From assembly GCA_965644315.1 (NCBI GenBank), contig CBFFRQ010000069.1, positions 1-64,000 on the forward strand: 64,000 bases of DNA, in the 5' to 3' direction. Shown piece after piece: positions 1 through 9,214 of this stretch. The number at the start of each line of letters is the position of its first letter. Position 1 is the stretch's first letter. A program made the translations under genes and the position numbers. The DNA comes from Caecitellus pseudoparvulus (lineage: Eukaryota; Protista; Bigyra: Bicosoecida). Under the pieces are notes generated by a model. It saw nothing but the letters and a program-made list of their open reading frames with translations, did not search any database and had not been told where the DNA came from.

Positions 1-1824
1 TAACCCTAACCCTAACCCTAACCCTAACCCTAACCCTAACCCTAACCCTAACCCTAACCCTAACCCTAACCCTAACCCTAACCCTAACCCTAACCCTAAC
101 CCTAACCCTAACCCTAACCCTAACCCTAACCCTAACCCTAACCCTAACCCTAACCCTAACCCTAACCCTAACCCTAACCCTAACCCTAACCCTAACCCTA
201 ACCCTAACCCTAACCCTAACCCTAACCCTAACCCTAACCCTAACCCTAACCCTAACCCTAACCCTAACCCTAACCCTAACCCTAACCCTAACCCTAACCC
301 TAACCCTAACCCTAACCCTAACCCTAACCCTAACCCTAACCCTAACCCTAACCCTAACCCTAACCCTAACCCTAACCCTAACCCTAACCCTAACCCTAAC
401 CCTAACCCTAACCCTAACCCTAACCCTAACCCTAACCCTAACCCTAACCCTAACCCTAACCCTAACCCTAACCCTAACCCTAACCCTAACCCTAACCCTA
501 ACCCTAACCCTAACCCTAACCCTAACCCTAACCCTAACCCTAACCCTAACCCTAACCCTAACCCTAACCCTAACCCTAACCCTAACCCTAACCCTAACCC
601 TAACCCTAACCCTAACCCTAACCCTAACCCTAACCCTAACCCTAACCCTAACCCTAACCCTAACCCTAACCCTAACCCTAACCCTAACCCTAACCCTAAC
701 CCTAACCCTAACCCTAACCCTAACCCTAACCCTAACCCTAACCCTAACCCTAACCCTAACCCTAACCCTAACCCTAACCCTAACCCTAACCCTAACCCTA
801 ACCCTAACCCTAACCCTAACCCTAACCCTAACCCTAACCCTAACCCTAACCCTAACCCTAACCCTAACCCTAACCCTAACCCTAACCCTAACCCTAACCC
901 TAACCCTAACCCTAACCCTAACCCTAACCCTAACCCTAACCCTAACCCTAACCCTAACCCTAACCCTAACCCTAACCCTAACCCTAACCCTAACCCTAAC
1001 CCTAACCCTAACCCTAACCCTAACCCTAACCCTAACCCTAACCCTAACCCTAACCCTAACCCTAACCCTAACCCTAACCCTAACCCTAACCCTAACCCTA
1101 ACCCTAACCCTAACCCTAACCCTAACCCTAACCCTAACCCTAACCCTAACCCTAACCCTAACCCTAACCCTAACCCTAACCCTAACCCTAACCCTAACCC
1201 TAACCCTAACCCTAACCCTAACCCTAACCCTAACCCTAACCCTAACCCTAACCCTAACCCTAACCCTAACCCTAACCCTAACCCTAACCCTAACCCTAAC
1301 CCTAACCCTAACCCTAACCCTAACCCTAACCCTAACCCTAACCCTAACCCTAACCCTAACCCTAACCCTAACCCTAACCCTAACCCTAACCCTAACCCTA
1401 ACCCTAACCCTAACCCTAACCCTAACCCTAACCCTAACCCTAACCCTAACCCTAACCCTAACCCTAACCCTAACCCTAACCCTAACCCTAACCCTAACCC
1501 TAACCCTAACCCTAACCCTAACCCTAACCCTAACCCTAACCCTAACCCTAACCCTAACCCTAACCCTAACCCTAACCCTAACCCTAACCCTAACCCTAAC
1601 CCTAACCCTAACCCTAACCCTAACCCTAACCCTAACCCTAACCCTAACCCTAACCCTAACCCTAACCCTAACCCTAACCCTAACCCTAACCCTAACCCTA
1701 ACCCTAACCCTAACCCTAACCCTAACCCCTAACCCTAACCCTAACCCTAACCCCTAACCCTAACCCTAACCCTAACCCTAACCCTAACCCTAACCCTAAC
1801 CCTAACCCTAACCCTAACCCTAAC
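1..1824. repeat. Terminal telomere, (CCCTAA)n / (TTAGGG)n, about 304 units
   Basis: CCCTAA array from base 1 to the junction ...TAAC|TTTCC at 1824. The only variants are two CCCCTAA units at 1726-1732 and 1751-1757. Confidence 0.99.
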
Positions 1825-4746
1825 TTTCCAAATGTCAAGCTAATCACAAGTTGTGAAGTGCTAACATTGCCTAATCCAGGCGCTCGTGCACCCAAGTGTG
1901 GTGTTGCACAGTGCTTGCTGGTTGGGTGGTGCGCACCGGGGCGGGGTAGTGCGAATTCCGCACACCATCGCACCGTGGCTCCCAGTTTGCGCCCTCGGTC
2001 GGGGCATGCACCTGGGATCGACATCAAAAGCATCATTGACAAGCATCATGAACGCCCAAGTGGATCAAGTCCTGGGGGTCCTCTTCGTGGAGGGGTGCCT
2101 GAAGCGCAAGCAAGTGCTCGGCCCCAGAACAGGTGTCTTCACTGACATGCCACGTCGGGGTGCCGCACGCACCTTCGAGCTTGGAGGACCCCTGCCCAAG
2201 ACTGATCATGATAGTTCATCTTCGGCACGGGACATGTGGCTCGAGGTCTATGGGGAAGCCGCCGAACGGCTGATCCCAGGGCTGAGTGCGGAATTCGGCA
2301 ACGCCAATGCGGCCCTGCGCCAGGGACCCACCGGATCGCCAACCATCCTCGTCACGCTCGGAAGTGAGGGTGATTCACCAACAGTGGCACGTCAACTTCG
2401 CATTCTTGCTGCTCAAGAGGACGACTTCGCCATTCGAGTCGGCCAAGGTGGGTTCGTCGCCGTGGCCTACACCAACACCAAGCAGTTCGCATCGGCGAAG
2501 GCGAAAGTGAAGGTGAAGGCCCACCCCACCGCCATCCAAGTGGCCCACCAAGTGACCAAGGAAGCAACCGAAATCGCCTGCCAGTCAGGTGATGTTGCCA
2601 AGGTCATGTGCCTCGTTAGGTCCCACTTCGACCATGGCCCCGTGCCAGCCCAAGCCGTCCGTCCCAGTGTCAGACAATCCGTCCCCTCCGAGGGTGATGC
2701 ACCTGTCGACACCAAGACACCATCGACCTGGACTGACACTCAGCTCGACAAGGCACCGAAGAAGAAGAAGACCCGTCGAGGCAAGCGAGGAAAGGGCAAG
2801 TCAGCCGGACGATCCCTCACCTTCGAGGACGTCTTCATCAAGAACGTCCGGCCACCTGCACCTCGACCAACCTCACCACCTGCCACCCAAGGCTCACCCA
2901 AAGATACCGTCACCACCCCTGTGGTGCATGCCATGTTGCCTTCATCAAGGGTGCAGCGGGGCGTCGACCGCAAGTGGCCGTCCCCCACCCCGTCGGGCGA
3001 GGCAAGCCCCGAGGTGCACCGGTATCGGCCGTCTGCAGCAGCAGCATGGGAGGTGATCACAAGGGTGGTGCCTCTTCATGACAGTGTGCGGACACCCGAG
3101 CACCTGGCCGAGTACCCCATCAAGCCTGGCCCTCTGGCCGACCTGCTGTCATCGACCCACGTGTACTCTAACGTGGGGGGCGGGCCTGTGTCCAGGCCTG
3201 TCTCGAGACGGCAGCAGGGGAGAGGGTCTTCGAGGCTGGGGACCTCCTCCTACTCCAGCATGCAGCCACCATCAACGCTGCCCAGCTTGCCTTCAAGCAC
3301 ATGGTCAGGCAGCTGGAGGGGGTGGTCAGTGACTCGTCCAGCTCGGACATCATGGACGTCGGCCAGAAGCCACCCTCCCCCTTCCGCTCAGACGGGCAAC
3401 GGGTGGCCGTCTTCCGCAACATGCTGCACCAGCACTCGCCGGATGACACCTTCCTGGCCCCAGGTACACCACCAGTCCTGCTTCCCGGCCTGCACCTGCT
3501 CATCGACCGCATCAACCAAGGGTACCGTGCCCCAGCCGGGCATGATGACCTTGGCCAGGCCGGCGTCGACCCCAGCCAGGTTGATGAAGAGGGTGACCAA
3601 GAGGGGCACCTCGACGGAGTGCTGTATGCCTTCGCACTTCGAGAGGTGTGGACCGACAACACGGCCCATCTGCAGCTCATCCTCGTCGACCATGATCGAG
3701 GCAAGCTGGTGCTGTGGAACCCCGACATCCCTGACCTCCATGACGAGCTGCCCCTGCACAAGTGCATGACCCGGCTGGCAGCCGAAGGCATCAACGTCTT
3801 GTACCGGATCTGGACCACACCCGAGGCGGGCAGTCCAGCACCCTTCCGGGACAGGCTTCGAGGGGCACTCCAGTCTCTCCGAGATGACTTCCCGCGCCTG
3901 CCTCACATGGGCACCGACGGCACCGTGCACCCCCAGACCCTCATCGCTGGCAAGGGCACAAGGGTGGCCATGCCTCATGGGCGGATGACCCGACAGCAGG
4001 CCGCCACCCTGGAGGCTGAGGTCAAGGACCCCCTCAAGCGGCTGGTGCCTGAAGACGGCGAGGGTCGCCTGCCCAAGGTCAAGGATGTGCCCCACATCTC
4101 GATCGGGCAGATGGGTGGACGCCTGATGTAAGTCACCTGTGGGGGCATACTCCCTGTGCCACACATGACTGAAGCTTTGTGTCGCGACCGACGCACATAG
4201 CTGACATCGGACATTGGAAAGTCCAACCCAACCTCACCATCACCAACCCAACATCGATACCAACACATCAGGACTCGGCTCAGTGGAAGGGGAAGGCACT
4301 TGCAGCAAGATCTGTGAGGCCGCCCCCAAACCTGAGCCGAAGGGACAGCCGGGCTGGGTCGTGTGCTTGCATCTCAGCAACACCCAGTCCGTGTCGAGTC
4401 CATATCCTCCAGCCCACACCGCCACCCAAGCCAAGCAAGTCGGGTCTCCACCCCTGGACATCGGACCGAGACGGACGAGACTGGACTGGACGGACAAGAC
4501 AAGAGTGGACCGAGACCTGGACCTACACCTCAAGACCATCCCACCGGGGCGGGCGCTGAAGCGCCAAGACAGACGGCGACTTATACAACGGACACGAGTC
4601 TGTGCTAGTCGCAAAGCCGTGCAAGCGGTGCCGTCGTGGTGTCTGTGTCACTGCATTCTGTTGTGGCGCAGGTGGCACCACATGTCCAAGCCCAAGCTGT
4701 ACCATGATGTAGCCTGCATGGAGGCAATCTGCAATGCATTGAGTAG
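1825..4746 (+). mobile_element. Subtelomeric module A: putative ORF1-only (gag-like) telomeric retroelement
   Basis: Bounded by telomere repeats on both sides. Carries one long + strand frame with RRM-like, basic and protease-like parts. No RT or endonuclease motifs seen. Confidence 0.5.
2048..4131 (+). CDS. ORF1/gag-like protein (about 695 aa if the G6 frameshift at 3175-3180 is corrected): RRM-like domain, basic patch, Pro/Ser linker, putative papain-like cysteine peptidase
   Basis: Joins track ORFs 1886..3769 and 3301..4131. The second frame opens right after TAA 3169-3171. Beta-alpha-beta-beta-alpha-beta pattern at 2342-2542 (TILVTL...GFVAVAY...QFASAKAKV), KKKKTRRGKRGKGK at 2759-2800, CVQACLE (Cys 3187) and HLQLILVD...LVLWNPD (His 3667, Asn 3718). 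Confidence 0.55.
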
Positions 4747-4769
4747 CTAACCTAACCCTAACCCTAACC
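4747..4769. repeat. Internal telomeric tract 1, CTAACCTAACCCTAACCCTAACC
   Basis: Same polarity as the terminal array; includes one TTAGG variant; separates modules A and B. Confidence 0.95.
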
Positions 4770-5263
4770 GGGTCCCTGAGCCCCACCCCTTCGTCCGGCA
4801 CCGCACGGCCAAGGAGAGGAGAGGCGAAGATCGCCCTCCCCTGCGCCGACCGATGGCCAACCACGGCCAGTGGCCCCCCCGAGGGGGGGGCTGGGTGCAA
4901 GGGTGAATGATGTGGGATGGACGCCTTGACACCCTGGGGCCACCGGGTACGGGACCCCGCCGACTGCGGCACGCCGGTGCCGAGCGCGGGGTCACCGTGG
5001 TGTCGGGCGGTCCGGCAAGGATGCATTGGCAACAATGCATTCAAAACACCACACCACCCGCTCGAGCGTCCAGCAGAACTGCTGTTGCCTCCCCCGCAGG
5101 GGGTGGCAAGCGGGGGTTCTGCAGGGAGGGAGGCGGGGCAGTGTCGCCTGGGGCGCACTCTTCACCTCGCCTCCCATCCTCAGACCCTCACGTCGATGCC
5201 CCCTCTAACCTTCCTCCCTGACTTCGCCCGCTTCCTTTTTCTTTTTTTTCCTTCTTCCCTCCT
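4770..5263 (+). ncRNA. Candidate highly structured RNA or retroelement leader, family unknown
   Basis: Many nested stems, including a 10-bp GCAA-tetraloop hairpin at 5019-5042, followed by T5 and T8 runs at 5236-5249. Confidence 0.4.
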
Positions 5264-5430
5264 TGGGATGGACGCCTTGACACCCTGGGGCCACCGGGTA
5301 CGGGACCCCGCCGACTGCGGCACGCCGGTGCCGAGCGCGGGGTCACCGTGGTGTCGGGCGGTCCGGCAAGGATGCATTGGCAACAATGCATTCAAAACAC
5401 CACACCACCCGCTCGAGCGTCCAGCAGAAC
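4913..5430 (+). repeat. 167-bp direct repeat (4913-5079 and 5264-5430, period 351 bp)
   Basis: TGGGATGGACGCC...CCAGCAGAAC occurs twice; the peptide MDALTPWGHR...LERPAE is duplicated in ORF 4917..7130. Confidence 0.95.
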
Positions 5431-7130
5431 ATGCTGGGTTCTCCTGCGGAGCGGTCTTCTCAGGGGCATGGTTAGGAGTGAAGCTGAAGAACCAGATTGG
5501 AAGAGCCATTGTTACATCCTCAGCCGACTATGTCCTGTGCACACAAGCCAACAGCCTCTTGATACCTCTGCGACAAGTTGACCGGGGTGTGTCCAAAGCC
5601 CTGAGCAAGAGCCTTCTCTGTACACAGAGCTCACTCATGAGGCCACACAGTGCCGCAACACTCACACTATGCGGTATCAAGCCAGCCCACATCAGGTCAA
5701 CACAGCTTCGTGTGAACCTCTTCCGGAAGATGCTTGCACGCCTCCATGACCGCTCCCCCTTGGCAAAGTCCCTCCTCCTCACCATTCCCCAAGCCATAGA
5801 CATGCTACCACCAAGCATCTCGACCGCGTTCGTCGTCCAAAGCACTGTACAACTGCAGCACCACCAAGCCAAACAAACGCCACTACCTTGGGCACTGTTT
5901 GGGATCCTTGACCTGTGGATGTATGGATGTCTGCCCGATCTGAACGATCTGAAAGATGCTTGCCTGGCAGAGGGGTCACGAAAGCAGCAAGCACTCACAG
6001 CAGTTCTCACATGTCTGAAGAAGCCACCACACTCTGCGAAGATCGAGGTGATGGGCATTGCGGTACCACCCCTGGCAACTATAGACACCCCTCCGCAGTT
6101 TCAGTCACTCACATCATGGCAGACACGACACCAGGTGGTTGCCTCATATCTGCATGTGGTGCAAACCAAGCAAAGCATAGCAGCCGGCTACTCCACATCG
6201 TCAAGACTCCCAAGCGCCATCAAACCACGCCCTCATCACGTTGGCATTGGAGCACAACACTTCACAATGCTGCACCCGATCCCATCTGGGATCAGTCCCC
6301 TCCTGTGGGCATGCGCCGAGGACAAGCCTCTCTGCAACATGGTTCATCAGTGGCAGACACTACAACTCTTACATGGAGGGGATGACCCAACACTCTACTC
6401 GACCTGTCCACTGTGTGCCACTGAAGTCCCTGCAGACCTCCACCGCCACGTCATCCTCCACTGCCACAACCTCAACACACCAAGGCGAGCAGCCATTGAG
6501 AGACTTGCAAATCTCCTTCAAGAATGTGAGGACGAGGCAAGCACTCCGAAGACAACTGTCCAACACCCACCTCAAGCTGTGACTAGAGCCATACGTGCCA
6601 GCTTCACTAGCTTGTGCGTTCCGGAAGACCATGAAGAAGCCATGTACCGCCTCATTCTCTGTGGTCAATGGCCATGGTATTGGGGACAAGGCGATACAGG
6701 CCAACAAACATCCAGAGAGCAGGCCAGTGTGTACAGCTTTCCATACATAAGGTTCCACAAGGGGACACAGAAAAGATCTCCACCCCGCTCTTGGAAGGAT
6801 CTCCAGCGGCGCGCTGCTGAGTTTGCTGGGGACGCATGGCGAGCAGTCGTGGCAGCCTTTCTTCGAGACAGGCACCCCGATAGACTCCATGTACACTCCC
6901 ATGCAAGGCATCTCTGGTGGTCAGTGTTCGGCAGAGACACTCCACTCCCTGGGCACAGAGACGCAGATGCCTCTGTAGTCACCAAGCATCCCCGACCACC
7001 CAAACCTGCAAGAGTTAGACGCTTCTTTCCAGCACGAGCCGGACAAGTACCTTCCCATGAAGGCAAGGTACAGCAAACTTTGCGGAGTATGATTCGCCGG
7101 AACGTGGACGCTCAACACGACAGCTCCTGA
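5431..7130 (+). mobile_element. 5'-truncated non-LTR retrotransposon (LINE) ORF2: post-RT thumb region plus C-terminal CCHC zinc knuckle
   Basis: KLKNQIGRAIVTSSADY...LRQVDRGVSKALSKSLL...LCGIKPAHIRSTQLRVNLFRKM fits the LINE thumb pattern. CPLC-x10-H-x4-C at 6405-6464 is followed by LNTPRR. No YADD and no endonuclease motif present. Confidence 0.75.
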
Positions 7131-7247
7131 CAATCTTCGCTCTCAACCACCCTCTGAAAAGTGTGGCAAGAGTCGTCGTGTCCCCCCCCACCGACCCACA
7201 TGCTCCTAGACACCACCTTCGATTCCCCACATTATAACAAACAACGC

Positions 7248-8562
7248 CCTGACAAGCATACACAGGTCATGCACCCTGCCTGCTGCTGGATCCTGACCAT
7301 GCAGCACCGCTGCGTGCCGCCCGTCGCCCTCCAACACCTCCTTCATGGCCAATCCGCCGGCCCACACGCTGCCACACCATCCCATCCGGGCCACGATACT
7401 GACATGACAGCATACACAGGTCATGCACCCTGCCTGCTACTGGACCCTGACCATGCAGCACCGCTGCGTGCCGCCCGTCGCCCTCCAACACCTCCTTCAT
7501 GGCCAATCCGCCGGCCCACACGCTGCCACACCATCCCATCCGGGCCACGATACTGACATGACAGCATACACAGGTCATGCACCCTGCCTGCTACTGGACC
7601 CTGACCATGCAGCACCGCTGCGTGCCGCCCGTCGCCCCCCAACACCTCCTTCATGGCCAATCCGCCGGCCTACAGGCCGCCACACCATCCCATCCGGGCC
7701 ACGATACTGACATGACAGCATACACAGGTCATGCACCCTGCCTGCTACTAGACCCTGACCATGCAGCACCGCTGCGTGCCGCCCGTCGCCCTCCAACACC
7801 TCCTTCATGGCCAATCCGCCGGCCCACACGCTGCCACACCATCCCATCCGGGCCACGATACTGACCTGACAGCATACACAGGTCATGCACCCTGCCTGCT
7901 GCTGGATCCTGACCATGCAGCACCGCTGCGTGCCGCCCGTCGCCCTCCAACACCTCCTTCATGGCCAATCCGCCGGCCCACACGCTGCCACACCATCCCA
8001 TCCGGGCCACGATACTGACCTGACAGCATACACAGGTCATGCACCCTGCCTGCTACTGGACCCTGACCATGCAGCACCGCTGCGTGCCGCCCGTCGCCCT
8101 CCAACACCTCCTTCATGGCCAATCCGCCGGTCTACAGGCCGCCACACCATCCCATCCGGGCCACGATACTGACCTGACAGCATACACAGGTCATGCACCC
8201 TGCCTGCTACTGGACCCTGACCATGCAGCACCGCTGCGTGCCGCCCGTCGCCCTCCAACACCTCCTTCATGGCCAATCCGCCGGCCCACACGCTGCCACA
8301 CCATCCCATCCGGGCCACGATACTGACCTGACAGCATACACAGGTCATGCACCCTGCCTGCTACTGGACCCTGACCATGCAGCACCGCTGCGTGCCGCCC
8401 GTCGCCCTCCAACACCTCCTTCATGGCCAATCCGCCGGCCCACACGCTGCCACACCATCCCATCCGGGCCACGATACTGACCTGACAGCATACACAGGTC
8501 ATGCACCCTGCCTGCTACTGGACCCTGACCATGCAGCACCGCTGCGTACCGCCCGACGCCCT
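7248..8562. repeat. 154-bp tandem repeat, about 8.5 near-identical copies
   Basis: Unit CTGACCTGACAGCATACACAGG...GGGCCACGATA; the ORF track repeats every 154 bp (7267, 7421, 7575 ... 8345). Confidence 0.97.
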
Positions 8563-9187
8563 ACTTGCGCTTGTCTGCTGACAGCGCGCCAGCGCTCACA
8601 GCCCCAGCAAGTGGTGAAGTCAGGATCCCGTGACGCGACACGATTAAATGATGCAGGACTTGCACGATGATAACACTTTATCCAAGCAGTTGATCTGTTC
8701 GTGCTGCAACAGTCGCTCCACAGCTCATGGGCTCACCTGTACAATTGCGGAAAACGCACATGGATCCTTCGATTTCCGCACACGCACCTGCTCTCCAAAG
8801 CCATGAAACCGGCGCACGTGCAAAGAGAATGCCCTTTCAGTGACTAATTTTACGTTCCTGCATGAAGTGGTGTTGAGATTGTGACTGAAAAGTGTGAGCC
8901 CCGGTGTGATTGCCTGGTTTGCTGAACTGTGGCACTTACAAGTTCCGTGAATGATGGGAAAATCAGTGTTTCGAGGACCACCAAGACCTTTTCCTTTTGG
9001 AGCGGATACTGAAGTATCCTAGCACATGGCGACATATATAACGGACTTAAGTCTGTGTTTGTTGCAGAACCATGCAAATGGTAGCCATGCTGATGTGAGT
9101 GACCGCCTCGCGGTTTGTAACATCTACTGTGAAGCTCCAGCTGAACCGCACATGAACAAGTGTGGAAGTGAAATGCATTACATCTGA

Positions 9188-9214
9188 CTAACCCTAACCC
9201 TAACCCTAACCTAA
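9188..9214. repeat. Internal telomeric tract 2, CTAACCCTAACCCTAACCCTAACCTAA
   Basis: Same polarity as the terminal array; interrupts a minus-strand coding frame (reads ...CEQLRLGLGLGLV). Confidence 0.95.

Noticed and set aside
1722-2042. Minus-strand ORF ending in LGLGLG/VRVRVR
   Set aside because: It is a translation of telomere repeats.
4764-4790. Twister-like GGTCCCTGAGCCC next to CCTAAC
   Set aside because: Loop length is off and I could not build the required stems and pseudoknots.
5005-5030. SRP RNA helix-8-like GGTCCGGCAAGGATGCA
   Set aside because: The conserved symmetric-loop bases are not matched and no Alu domain is evident.
5183-5212. HDV/CPEB3-like TCACGTCG..GCCCCCT
   Set aside because: P3 does not pair, and no P1.1, P4 or catalytic-C segment follows.
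7248-8562. CRISPR array, or tandem hammerhead (retrozyme) array
   Set aside because: Units are contiguous with no unique spacers, and there is no CUGANGA/GAAA core on either strand.
7161-8670. The many 95-113 aa ORFs in the satellite
   Set aside because: They are by-products of a 154-bp (non-triplet) GC-rich repeat.
8850-9187. C-terminal part of ORF 8850..10283
   Set aside because: Chance read-through beyond the telomere tract into unrelated sequence.
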